A model generated the notes under the pieces. The model was not told the origin of the DNA. It did not search any database and saw nothing but the letters and a program-made list of their open reading frames with translations. Positions 24,810 through 37,635 of a stretch of DNA of 64,000 nucleotides are shown here, piece by piece. The stretch's first letter is position 1, and every line of letters starts with the position of its first letter. Source of the DNA: Tubiluchus corallicola. Taxonomy: Eukaryota; Animalia; Priapulida. A program made the position numbers and the translations under genes. The DNA lies in contig JAQGDQ010000382.1 of NCBI GenBank assembly GCA_030141605.1, positions 124,001-188,000 of the forward strand, given 5' to 3'.

Positions 24810-26379
24810 TTAGTAAAATATTTTGAAAAGAAAGGCAGTGTTGGCAATGAACTTCTCAAAATTAAAAAAAGACAGCTAGTATAATGCCAACTAAAGTTCG
24901 TTACCAAGACACAACTTCATGTGACCCGCACCATAAAGCTAATGCTTTTAACAGTTTTTTTTGCAAGCATTGGTATATCACTGGCATCACGCATAACACA
25001 ACCCGAAAACTGTAAGTATACAGACTATTTAATGCATGCCCAAGGAAATTCTTTCTATATCACACCAGTTAGCGAAATCGAGAATTCCCAAGATATCGAG
25101 ATATCTATTGATAGACTAGATCCCAATAAAGCAAAAGGCCCTTATGACATCCCGATTACATATTTCAAAATGTCAAAAAACATAATTTTAACTCCGCTTA
25201 CAAATCTATTTAATGCGTCAATTCTGACTGGGACATTCCCCGACACTTTAAAACTGGCAAAAGTGATCCCCATATATAAAAAAGATGATCCAAATGAGCT
25301 GAACAACTACCGACCCATCTCACTCATATCACCCATTGCCAAAATTTTTGAGTCAATCTTATATAAACGCCTGATGACATATCTAATCAAAAATGATACA
25401 TTATCGTGTTTTCAATTCGGTTTCCGCAAAAATCATTCCACAATATTAGCAACTGCTGAAATCATGGACAATCTTCTGACAAACCTAGACAATAAATTAC
25501 TTACCTGCTGCATCTTTCTTGATTTAACAAAAGCTTTTGACATCGTTCAACACGACATTTTACTCAACAAAATGGACTATTATGGTATCCATGGAATCGC
25601 GTAAAAACTATTCCAGTCATATCTTACGAACAGACACCAATTTACGGTAGTTGACAATTTTGCCTACGACCTATGCCCAATACAATGTGGTGTACCTCAA
25701 GGATCCACCTTGGGTCCACTTCTTTTCCTGATATATATAAATGACCTCTCTCTTTGTACTAACATGGCAACACGACTTTTTGCTAATGACACTAACCTCT
25801 TCTTAGCAGACAACGACATGCATAATCTTGAGCTTAGAAGTAATGAAGAACTGATCAAAATTAACACATGGATGCGTACAAATAAGTTAACAGTAAACTA
25901 TAATAAAACAAAATCTGTGATCATAGGAAATGTATTTGAAAACAATGAAAACTCCATTATAACAGTATCCATGCAAGACTGTTCATTAGACATAAAATAT
26001 CTGGGTGTCTACATAGATGACACCCTTAATTGGTCAATACACATAAAAATATTACCTACAAAGTAAGCAAAGTTACAGGTATATTTTTTAAATTGAGGCA
26101 TTACTTGAGCATGGATATACTAAAAATGATTTACTTTGCCATTGTGTACCCACACATTAACTATTGTATCTTATCGTGGGGCACAGCAAAAAAATCTACT
26201 CTGAAACCACTTACAGCAGCACATAACAAAATTATCAAAACAATGACTTTTGCTTGCTTCCGAGATCATGCTACCCCTTCCTATTATGCTTTGCAATTAT
26301 TAAAAATTAATGAAATTGATAAGCTTGAGTTAGCGAAATTCATGTTCAACGATAAAATGGGCATTCTACCTAAATTATA
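24810..26379 (+). mobile_element. Internal fragment of a second CR1/L2-group LINE (RT region)
   Basis: ORFs 24921..25604, 25710..26066 and the start of 26030..: NYRPIS, QFGFRK, FLDLTKAFD, GVPQGSTLGPLLF, FAND (mutated FADD), VYPHINYCILSWG. Truncated at both ends. Confidence 0.9.
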
Positions 26380-29300
26380 CGTAGAAATTGTTGATGTGCT
26401 AGATGCACCATGTGCAAAGCCTGCAAGTATGAATGACTCGAAGCGGCACCAGAAATTGAAATCTGGTATAAATCTTGATCACCTTGATGATTCCAAATGT
26501 GCCGTGATGGAAAAGTTGTTGTTCAATGAATTTTCTGATGTGTTCTCTGTCGATGGTGAATTGGGACATGTGTCTCAGTGTGAACATGTGATAGAAACAG
26601 CTGGACCACCTATAAAACAGAAGCCTTACAGGTGTCCTGTGCACCTTCGAGCTGAAGTGCAAAATCAGATTGATACCATGCTTGAAAGAGGTATAATTTC
26701 TGAATCACAGTCGCCGTGGACAAGTCCAATTATTCTTGTTCGTAAAAAGAATAATGAATATAGATTTTGCGTGAATTACATTAAGTTGAATAGTGTAACG
26801 AAGAAGGACAGTCATCCTTTGCCCCGGATGGATGAATTGCTTGCAAAGTGTAGTGCTGGCAATTCTGGCTGGTTTACATTAATTGACCAAAAGTCTGGAT
26901 ATTTCCAGTTGCCCTTGGAAAAATCTTCAAGAGAAAAATCTGCATTTGTAGTTGAAGATGGGCTTTATGAATTTAAAGTCTGTCCGTTTGGTCTATCTAA
27001 TATGCCTGGAAGCTTTCAACGTATGCTGTACCGTATCTTGCAAGGGCTAGGTACAACTGCTTTGATCTATATTGATGATTGCTTAATTGTAAGCCCAACT
27101 TTTGAACAACATGTTGATGATTTGCAGAGATTTCAACAGTACAATTTAAAACTTGGTATGGACAAATGTAAATTTGCATGTGAAGAAGTGGATTTCCTTG
27201 GTCATCGTGTCAGTAGAAAGGATATCCAACCTACTGAAGACAAAGTGCTTGCTATTAAAAACTGGCCGGTCTCTGTAAATGTTCATGAAGTATGTCAATT
27301 TCATGGATTTTGCTCTTACTTTCGTCATTTTGTGAAGGACTTTGCTGTGATTGCAATGCTGCTTACTGATCTGACTCGCAAAGATGTGCCATTCTTGTGG
27401 AGTCTTGAATGCCAACATGCCTTCGATGAATTAAAGAGAAGATTGATGAGTGAGCCTATTTGTGAGAGACTACTACTTCATGATGCCCAAAGTCAAAAAA
27501 TTCATGTTTGAGTAGCTTTATTACATTTTATCTGTAAAAAAAATCATAAGAAAATATAGCAAACTAATTTGAGCCAAAAAAGAAACAAGGAAATTAATAA
27601 TAAAGTCAGACTAATAACAATCAAAATAAACTTACATCATGGCTGTACTACTCTTGACAAATAAATGGTTTAACTGAGACAAAACAACAACAACAACTCT
27701 CTTAGCCAAGAACAGACTGCCAACTAGCCAGGTAAACTAGCTCTGTCAGTAGAGCATGACAGAAAGAAGCCAAGTCAAGACATACATATATGAATGCAGT
27801 TAAAAAGGACAGTATAGGTGGGTTTACAGAATGAAAGAACACTGAAGTACAACCTAAAATCCTTCACATATTCTTAGACATCCTAATCCTGATAGAATGT
27901 TCATCTTGACAACTGATGCCTGCAAAACAGGATAGGGAGCTGTTTTGTCCCAAGGATCAGGTAAAGAAGAGTACGTTATCTCTTATGCTTCTGGAAAATA
28001 TTCTCCGTGCCAGCAGAAGTATTCAACTACGGAGCTTGAGCTCCTTGCTTTGAAAAATGGAATAGATAAATTTCGTCATTATTTGCTTGGGAAACCTTTC
28101 GTTGCTGTGACAGATCTTCAGGCTCTTTCGTGGTTGAAGCGCCAGAAAGACCCTCCTGACCGACTTGCTAGATGGTTGCTATGGCTGAATTAATATGACT
28201 TTGAGGTACGCCATAAACCTGGAAAAATGATTCCTCATGCAGACGCATTGAGTCATGTGCATACGACTAAAGATGTGACTGAGTGCCAGTCAATTGCGGA
28301 AGCTGTGACTAATGATCTTGTGTTCGCCTGGCTTCGTGATGAGGTGCACGGTGTGAAGCACGTCTGACCAGCCTGACTCAGATGAACTGAGATATTATCT
28401 TCGTGAAAAAGATAAATTGTCTGTAGTGAATGGTGAAATTATAAGACAATCAAGTGGGTATGCTTCGCCACAGAAACTTGTGCCACCAGTGCTTAGAAAT
28501 CGTGTTATTTCTCTTGCTCATGATCATGTATTATCTGCTCACTTTGGTGTAAGAAAAACGATAGGACGAATTACACCATTGTATTATTGGTATGGTTTAA
28601 CCAATAGTGTTCGTACGTTCATCAGAAATTGTCATGGATGTGCTTTAGTGAAGCGTGAAGCCAGACCACAACGTGAAGCTCGTGGAACTATTAAAGTACT
28701 AGGTGATAAGTTTGAACAGATATCTGCTGATATCTTGACTTTGCCTTTAAGTAGTAGTGGCTATAAGTATGTCTTAGTTGTTACTGACTTGTTCTCTAAA
28801 TTTGTAGAATTGTATCCTATTCGTAATCAGAGTGCTGAATCTGTTGCTAAATGTATTGTTGATTTTGTATGTCATTATGGAGTGCCTAAAACTTTGTTGA
28901 CTGATCAAGGTGCAAATTTTGAATCTGATTTGGTGAAGCAAATCAATGATAAGTTAGGTATACAAAAATTGAGGACTTCAGTGTACCATGCTTGTTGCAA
29001 TGGACAATGTGAACGGTTTAATTTGACTCTTTGTGAAGCATTAACACAGTATGTGAAAAGTAACTGTCGTGATTGGGACAAGTATTTACAAATGATTACT
29101 TTTGCCTATAATACTAGTGTCCATAGCACTACTCAAGTGACTCCATATAAACTTGTGTTTGGAAAGGAGGCTAGGCATCCTCTTGTTAGTGAGTTAAATT
29201 GTGAAGACCTTCTTGAAGTCCCTGATTATTCAGAATATGCAAACACTTTAGCTTCTGAGTTTGTTAGAGTATATAAAAATGTTAAGTCAAATATTGAAAA

Positions 29301-30329
29301 GTACCAAAATGCTTCAGTGACTAGTGTAACACCTCAAGGTTGCATTAAAGAGGGTGACAATGTTGCAATGATAAATTTTAGAGGTAGATCTGGACCAAAT
29401 AGGAAACTTGCGAAGCGTTATTTGGGCCTATGTAAGGTGATAAAATGTAAACCTCCTGATTACTGTATACAACGACCTCGTGCTCGTAATTCTTTGTGGG
29501 TGCATGGTAGTAACTTGAAGAAAATATTAAGGAAATCTTAATATCCGTGAAACCGCTAAATCCAAATCTTGTATTGATTGTGATAGTTATGATTCTGATG
29601 ATGATGATGACACTAATGCTCCTTTGCATGGATATCCCTGTTATGATCCAAATCAGTCTGAAGATGATGTGGATATGATAGAAGATGCTAATAATGCTAA
29701 TTTTAGTAGTGATGAACATGATAATGAATGTATTAATTCTGATGTCAGTAGCAGCAGTGCTGAAAGTCCAGATGATGATTTTGATGGACATGTTTTTAAT
29801 TTAAGACCTCGTAGAAGTTTGAGGTTGCCTAAAAGACTCACAGATTATTCTTTAGCTTGAGTTTGACAAAATGGCTTGTTTCATTCTTGACTTTTGAAAA
29901 GTTTTGTTTGATTTTGGTGCATATAACTTGTATTGCACACTTCTGATTCTAGTTGTTCTTAGATTTCAACTTTAAAAGTTTGTTTGCTGTTTGTATTGCA
30001 TTCTGCCAGTTTGAATGTTAGTTATGCTATGCTAAATTATGTTAACATTGATGTTAGCCTGGTGATGCCTGAACAGAATTGTACATCATGTGAGGTCACA
30101 TGACTGGAGCATGGCCGAATGTCAGGGCCAGCCCTGTTATTAAGCAAATGTGTGCTTGTCATTGCGCATTGAAAGCTTGCGCCACTAATTAGAAATGTCT
30201 TTGTCTAATGTCAGGACCACGTTTTAGGATAGCAGTTTGAGCTGTTTTGATTCCAATTTAATGTTAGGGTTAATAAACACGTTTAATTATGCCGTTAAAT
30301 GTTTGTTTGATGTTTCTGTGACCCTGACA
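26380..30329 (+). mobile_element. Gypsy/Ty3 LTR retrotransposon, 5'-deleted (RT, RNase H, integrase, 3' LTR)
   Basis: RT: PIKQKPYR, SPWTSP, CPFGL, YIDD. RNase H: TTDACKTGIGAVLSQ, YSTTELELLA. Integrase 28417..29541: HHCC zinc finger, D..D..E, TDQGANFE, CNGQCER. Acidic tail ends NLRPRR. 3' LTR 30120-30329 with TGTCAGGG...CCCTGACA ends and an internal AATAAA. Confidence 0.92.
27461..27868. mobile_element. Solo LTR inserted in the Gypsy pol gene
   Basis: TGTGA...TCACA termini and a 4-bp TSD TATT (27457-27460, 27869-27872). Removing it plus one TSD restores SEPI-LRHPNPDRMFILTTDA. Confidence 0.85.
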
Positions 30330-33193
30330 GAAAGTTTGCAAATACCTGCTTTATGTATTATTCTATTTCTGGAGAAATATTTTTTTCTAAAAAACATTCC
30401 TATTTTGTGTATGTGTGTGCATGTGTGTATGTGTGTGTGTGTTCACATACAAACCTATGTAATATATGTGTTATTATATAGAATAATTGCAGAGCTCGTA
30501 AATGGGTGCAGAATGTCAGGCGATTAGACCTTATGAACAAAAGCAGCCAATATTTACACAGAAACTGGTACTTGTGCAGCGAGCACTTTGAAGATTCAGA
30601 ATTCATGAATGTAACTTTAAAAAACAAGTTAGTATTGCCGTTATATTATCACATGTAATATAATATTATATGTATTATATTTAAATATAATATATTAGTG
30701 TACAGCTTCAAGAGTTGGATTATTATAAGTACCAAACAAACATTCAAATTTTTCGATACATTCGTAGTTACTTCGGTATGATATTTTTGCCATCTGAGAC
30801 CAGGCACAGAACGAGGCTCAAGACTGATCGGAATGAAGGGAAACATCCACATTTATGTTTGTCAGTTTTTTGTTTTTTGCCCAAAATAAATATATGGAAA
30901 AAAGAGATACAGCTGTGCAATTGTTTGTTAATCCTTGTACACCTTGTGATTTATTATCTTTAGGTTAATAATGAATTCTGAACGATTTGCCGTGCCTACA
31001 ATTTTTAGTGTGCCAAATCCGCCACCTCGCATTGGCATAAAACGACAAAGAAACAAGTGGCAGAACCTTCGACAAAAAGAAAACGAAGAACGTACAAAAA
31101 AGCCTATACTTTATCTTTCAGCCCAACAAAAGATCTGTCAACTACAGGGAAGCCATTAAGAGAACAAAATGTACAGTGTAACATTAGTTTTGCAACTTAG
31201 TAGATCAACTCTTTCAATATATTCAATAGCTCAGCTCATACGCCTGGGTACAAAGCAAAGGCTGAAAAGTCTATGCGCCTGCCGTTGTCACCCAACTCTC
31301 CCCATCTTGAAACTCTCGAACAGCTAACACCATTTGTTCAGAGTTGCAATTTTTTTAAAACTGAAGGTGTCAAAATAAAAGACATGACAAACTATATAGT
31401 TAGCAAGCGCGGATGGCTGAATAACATGGAAGCACTGAAATTATTATGGAAAGATCTTCAGAGTATAGGCTTCAAATACCTGATAACACGTCGCCTAAAC
31501 CAGGACGGGCTGGAACATTTTTTTGCTAAAATCAGGCAGAAGGGGGGATGGGCTGATAATCCCAGTCCCTCAAAATTCATGGATAGTTATAAGCAAGTGG
31601 CGATAAACAAGCTTTTAAGACCCGCCAGAAACGGGTAATTGTGCAACAGACAACATGGCAAACATATTATTAACTCTTGATGAACTTAGACCTAGTACGT
31701 CCAACTTAAGGGCCTCAACTCCTCTGACTAATGTGACATTTGACAACTCTGATTTTGAAATTGAATCAGTAGACCCATTACCAGGCGAAAATAATTTAGG
31801 CCTCCTTGACAGTAATGGCAGAAATTATGTAGCTGGGTATATAATACACGCATTTGATAAAAAACACATCCGTGGCTGTGATTTATGCTCTCTCCGGGAT
31901 ATACAAGACGAGTCCAAGATACGTGAAAATGAAAATTTATACATCTCACTGAAGTCTTTTCACGGTGATGACACGCGATTGCGTGTACCGACTGACCACT
32001 TCATAACGTGGTTTAGTCTGGCAGAAAATCAATTTTGAGTGACATTTGACCAATACTGTACTGTACAGAATGTGTCTCATGTTATTAAGGAAAAAATAAT
32101 GTCCAATGTCACGTCAAAACATGAAACTCTGCAACGATAGTGTGCGCCACCTTGTGGAACTCTTCGTCAAAGTTCGTATCTACTACACCTTAAAATTTGT
32201 CAATCAAGAATTTCAAAGTATGCCTCGAAAATCAAGGAAGTAGCTTAAACTGTCAAATCATTAATTTTTTAATTGTTTCATCTGCTGTTGCTTTGCGTCT
32301 ACAATCTTCCAATTTTCGACTAGAAACCCTTTTCATTTTTAAGTTACCCACCTGTTTAATACTTACCTGACCAGTTTGAGGTGCAGTGAAATTTAATGAT
32401 ATAACAGAAATTGGTTATTTTTGTGGGTTTAAATAGACGAGATGTTTAGACAGTCGGCGACTCTTACTTTTAATAACATTAAATTGCTGGATTTTTTGCA
32501 CAAGTCTAGCTTGTGACATGCTTTAAGTTACCTGGAGAAAGATGAAGAATGGCTGATTTTTTGAAGTGGTCTGCGATTTGGACTTGCAGTAATTGCTGAA
32601 CAAGATAAAGAGGATTTGCTTTTCCTTATTACGCATAGGCACAAAATAGGTAAGAGGCTTATACTAATCATTAGTTAACGTGATCTCTCTTTCTCTCTCT
32701 CTCTCCCTCCCTTTCACTGTCTCTCTTTCTCTCCCTCTCTCTCTCCATCCTTCTCTTTCTCTCTAAGAGAGGGAGGGAGAGAAAAATCAATGAAAAATGC
32801 ATTACTTTTTTACATAGTAGGCAGCCCATTGGCTAGCCTCTTTCCTCAGGAAGAACAATAAAATTTTACTTATAAGAAGTATTTGCAAGTACATAATACA
32901 AACTTACTGCTAGGGTTTTTTCCTTTTCATTAAATGTTTTCAGTTTTTTAAACTAATAATTGCTTTTATTTGAAATATTCTTCTTTTATTAAAAGCGCAA
33001 AACTGTTTTTGGCTTATCAAAATTGCACGTATGCCAACACTACTGGTAAACTTAAGAATATTATTATTACAGTCAATTCAGCGCTCCAAATTTTTTACTG
33101 ATTCGCCGGTTGATGCCGCTAGCATAGCCGCTAATTGCAAAAATGAAAACCTAACAATAGGCGGTTTTCGTCATTTCCTCTTTGTACACTTTG
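30330..33193 (+). mobile_element. P-superfamily (THAP9-like) transposon, 5' end lost, with a spliced and internally deleted transposase pseudogene
   Basis: THAP exon 30493-30627 (KWVQNVRR..LCSEHF) and an exon from 30964 (AVPTIF). Catalytic C-terminal region 31200-32260 (FNIFNS, YLITRRLNQDGLEHFFAKIRQKGG..NP, YVAGYI). 3' TIR TTTGTACACTTTG at 33181-33193. Confidence 0.85.
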
Positions 33194-33268
33194 GTACTGC
33201 TCTGCCGCTAGGGCGACACTAACTGCGCGAATTGCTGCGCAGTAATGCCCTACTTTGTTTTTGCATAC
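33194..33268 (-). mobile_element. Terminal remnant of a third, oppositely oriented P-family element (final TTTG displaced to 36004-36007)
   Basis: Reverse-complement homologue of 33269-33353. Its TIR, CAAAGTATGCAAA on the minus strand, is reconstituted when 33269-36003 is removed. Confidence 0.7.
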
Positions 33269-35995
33269 CAAAGAATACAAACCACAGAAAGTAGGGAAAT
33301 CCTACTGCGCAGTATTTCGCGCAGCTAGTGTCGCCCTAGCGGCAGTTCAGTACGGACAGTTCAGTTCAGTACCAACAGCGCAAGCTGTGGGTACTGTAGC
33401 AGATGAATTGATGAAACCACCAAAACCAGGCCAGTTAACAGGCGCTCATAAATTGCTCAGCAGTGAGTTGCAAAAACACAAATAAAAGTATATTTTTAAA
33501 TTTCGCAAGGATACAGCCAGGTAATTATAATAAAATGTTAATTATAACACAGTTTTGTAACTTTTGTTACAAGTTAAATATTTTGTACACTAAGCAAAGA
33601 CTGCAAGGCCTACATCTCTCTTTGGCGATTTATAGCAGCTGTTATATTTTTGAATATTATTTAAAGCAATTGTAAGGCATTAAGAATAATTAGTAGTTAA
33701 AATAAAAATTATTATAATCATATCTCATAAAATTAATAGGCTTATTTACAAAAGAAGTTAAGAAAGTTGATCAAAAAGAAAGTTTGCAAATACCTGGCTC
33801 ATGTAGTATTCGATTTCTGGAGAAATATTTTTTTCTAAAATACATTCCTATTTAATATGTTCTTATCAGGAAATATAACTTGAAGAAATATTAGGCCTGA
33901 CTTTCATGTGTAATACCTTCCATAAAAAAAATCGATTTTTTCAGAAGAGCAAATAATTTTCCAGAACAAAACTTAATCTAAGCAGCTGCATGTTTTGTTA
34001 ATTCCAAGTTAAAAAATTTTTAAAAAGCATATAATCATACATTGGCCTTTGTTATGAGTTGTCGTTAGTTATAAAATTACGTTGAACAAGCAGAGATGAA
34101 TTTACTTCATTACTCCTCTTTTTTATTATCAGCAAACAAAAAATAACTGAACGAAACATCAGAGCTGTCATCCTAAGCAGCCGGCATTACTTCCACCTCT
34201 ATAACAATCAACTAACTAGGTCAAAATCTAGTTACAGAATTCAGGCAAGAAGCCAACCTGGCGCATAAATTAGAATCTGCACGCGTGTCATAACACCTTA
34301 TATATCATGTGCAGACATTATTTATATTTAGCCTAATTTTTTTAAGATTCAGTTAGGCTTACATCAAAATAAATGTTCATTAAATACAGTTTGCTTACGT
34401 GTAAAAAATGTACTTGTATAAGCGTACTAATAAAACACCTGTGGCTAAATCCACTGACAAGTCTTGATAAATATTATTTATTGATGGGCTTAAATTAACT
34501 GATTTTATACAGGCCTAAGTGCCAAGGGCAATCATTTTATACAGTTAAATATATAGGCTCAGCTTCATAGAATCTAATTTTCGGTATTTGACTCAAACTT
34601 TATTTTGTTTATTAATCAGACTCTTTAGTTATTATTTTAATGCATGTATTTTGCAGCTTGATTCAGTTCCCTCTTTGAAAGTTTATTTAAATTTCTGTTT
34701 GGCTAGCTTGCTTTTCATTTTATTTAATTTGTTTTTTATTATTTCTTATTTAATATTATTGTTATTATTTTGCATGTTTTTCTCATATTGAGTTATGCAT
34801 GGATATGACAGCTTGAATTTTGATCATTTTTTATTCATTTGTACCACACTATTTGGCTTGTGCTTACCATTGCTTTTTGTTTATCATTTTCCTGTATGCT
34901 TAGATATCTTTGAATGCATTTTCATCCTTCAGTTATTTAAAGTTGATTAGAGAATTTTAAACAGATCAAATTGCTAAGTAAAATAGTAATAATGTAATTT
35001 CACTACTATTCATGAGTGAAATAGTTACAGTGTCATCCCAATAATCACATACATCCATTGAAGGATGGCTTGACTAGTTGACCCTCTTGGTCTTTCACCA
35101 TCGTATTTCCATTGTGAAAATTAAATACATTTACTTGCCTCAGATATATCATGAATATGGAAATAAATGCACGTTTTGAATTGAATTGAATTGAATATAT
35201 GAAGCACTGTATCATGCAATTACTTGTTGTGTGCATGCGTGCTTGTGCGAATTATTTATATACAATCCTACAATATATAGATTAATTGCAGGGCACCTAA
35301 ATGGGTGCAATTTTTAATGTGCCAAATTTGTAAAATGACCAAGAAACAAATGGCAGAACCTTCAACAAAAGGAAAAGAAGTATCTCTTTCTCTCTGTTTC
35401 TCTCCCTCCCCCTCTCTCTGTCTCTCTCTTTCTTTCTCTTTCCCTCCCTTTCACTGTTTCTCTTCCTGTCCCTCTCTCTTTCTCCCTTCCTCTCTAAGAG
35501 AGGAAGGGAGAGAAAAAATCAATAAATCAATAAAAAAATGCATTACTTTTTACATAGTAGGCAGCCCATCATGCATTCAGCTAGCCTCTTTCCTCAGGAA
35601 AAACAATAAAATTTTACTTACAAGAAAACTGAAGAGGCATTTGCAAGTACATAATACAAACTTATTGCTACAATTTTTTTCATTTTCATGAAACGTTTTC
35701 AGTTTTTTTAAACTAATAATTGCTTTTAATTGAGATGTTTTCAGGTTTTTTAAACTAATAATTGCTTTTAATTGAGATATACTTCTTTTATTAAAAACGC
35801 AAAAGTGATTTTGGTTTATCAAAATTGAGCGTATGCCAACATTATTGATGAACTTAAGAATATTATTATTACAGTCAATGCGCCGCAAATTTTTTTTTAC
35901 TGATTCGCCGTTTGATGCCGCCAGCATAGCCGCTAATCGCAAAAACTAAATACGTAACAATAGTTATTTTCGTCACTCCCTCTTTGTACACTTTG
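33269..35995 (+). mobile_element. Non-autonomous P-superfamily element with both ends and an 8-bp TSD
   Basis: TIRs CAAAGAATACAAA...TTTGTACACTTTG; TSD TTGCATAC at 33261-33268 and 35996-36003. Segments are homologous to 30330-30405, 30485-30510, ~31000-31090 and ~32700-33193. Confidence 0.85.
34570..35196 (+). mobile_element. LINE 3'-UTR-only remnant nested in the P element
   Basis: T-rich tract, conserved stem-loop at 35063-35103, AATAAA + (TTGAA)n tail. The 5' boundary is approximate. Confidence 0.65.
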
Positions 35996-36149
35996 TTGCA
36001 TACTTTGTATTTAACTTGAATAGTTTCAAAGTGAGGAAGATTTCCTGTCTTGTTAATTTAGTTTTTACTGTAAACGAAAGCAAGTTTGAGAAGCTTCAAC
36101 TAGGGAATGAAAAATACTCGGGAATTTTTGTTTTCCATAGTCCTTCGGC

Positions 36150-36720
36150 ATTATGCTTAAACATAGTTTGATTAAACACTATTGCATATTTTCTTTTCAT
36201 TATATTTAGTTTGATTTTATCATGCATATTTTGTTTCCTTCACTGATTTATTATTTATGTTTAATTTTTTCTTTTTGGCATTTTGCCTGGTTTGACTCTT
36301 TTCTAGTTCATGTTTATGTGTCTGTTTATGTTTTAAACGGTTGGTTAAATGCTTTACGTATTTCGTTGATCATCATTTCATCTTAATGCTTCCTTGTTGC
36401 ATACACTATTTAGTTATTTCGCTTTCAAGTTTAATTTCTTCCTCTGCAATTTATAAATTTATATTAACAGTTGATTTTCTTAGCTTACTTACATAATTAT
36501 ATTACATTGTTTAATTAGCAGCGCTACAATTTTTTTACAATTTACACTAACCTGAGAAGGGTAGCTGACTTGGTGACCAATTGGTCTTTCGCTCCCTTTT
36601 TCCTGCACCCCCAACTCTTTCCTTTGTACACAATTTATCCTGTTTAATTAATAACTATAGCATTAATAGTCTATTTGTATTCTAGCATAAACAAGTAGAT
36701 AAATAAAATGTCTGTGTCTG
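36150..36720 (+). mobile_element. LINE 3'-UTR-only remnant
   Basis: T-rich tract, conserved stem-loop at 36557-36598, AATAAA and a short TGTC-type tail. The 5' boundary is approximate. Confidence 0.6.
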
Positions 36721-37635
36721 TTAAAGAGTTCAAATTTTTTTATCATATGATCCCTATTAATCAATACACCTTTTTAAAATAAATTACTTTTACTTTACGT
36801 TATCTAACTGCACTTTAAAAAGGATTCATTATATTTTCTGAATTTTATTTTCTATGTAAATACTCCTAAATTTCTTCTATGTAATACATATGTATGTATT
36901 TTCTTTTTCTGGGAATTTTTCAGCTGCCTAGCTAGGTATTGCTTAACTTTGATAGCCAATCATATGCCGTGATCACTTATTATTGCGAATATGCAGAACA
37001 GACCAACATCATTCACTACCTAATCGCTTTGATGTTATAAATACATTGAAAGTAAATAATCAATAATTAGCGATTACGACTCCTCATCCTTTGTGAAAGT
37101 GTCGAGACACCACTAAACTTACATATGTCTGATTCAGTATAAGTTTTGTTGTCAGTTTCTACAGCGTATGTTGTTGTTTACACCTGTCAGCTGCTAGCTC
37201 TTTTTTGGAATGAGGCATATATTTTAGTAGTTGTTTTTTGTCATTATTATTTAAACTCAACAATAAACTTGTCACCAGAAGACCCACAGTACTATTTTTA
37301 ACTTTTTACATGTAATTTTACAGCAAGCTTCTGTGCTGCAGATACTGTTGATTAAATTTATTGTAATGCTGTTTAAAACAATTCGGTCAAACAAGTTATT
37401 GGAACATGGTAGTTCCCAAAAATCAGCTGAGCAACATTGCTTAGCAGCTGAAGTTGAAGAGCGATAGTTGAAAGCCTATGATGTTAATTCATTAGACACC
37501 TGATGCTCTTAGTGATTTTGTGCTTTTTTAACCTGGTTATTATGATATTTCAGCAAGACACTTAACCGATGAGAACTACTACTACAACTACAAGGACTAT
37601 GAAGTGAGTTATTGTTGCAAATACAAACTCCCATA

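Noticed and set aside
36557-36598. Hammerhead ribozyme or SECIS reading of the conserved LINE stem-loop
   Set aside because: Lacks the CUGANGA...GAAA...UH core in the right order on either strand, and lacks the SECIS AUGA/GA quartet with an apical AA.
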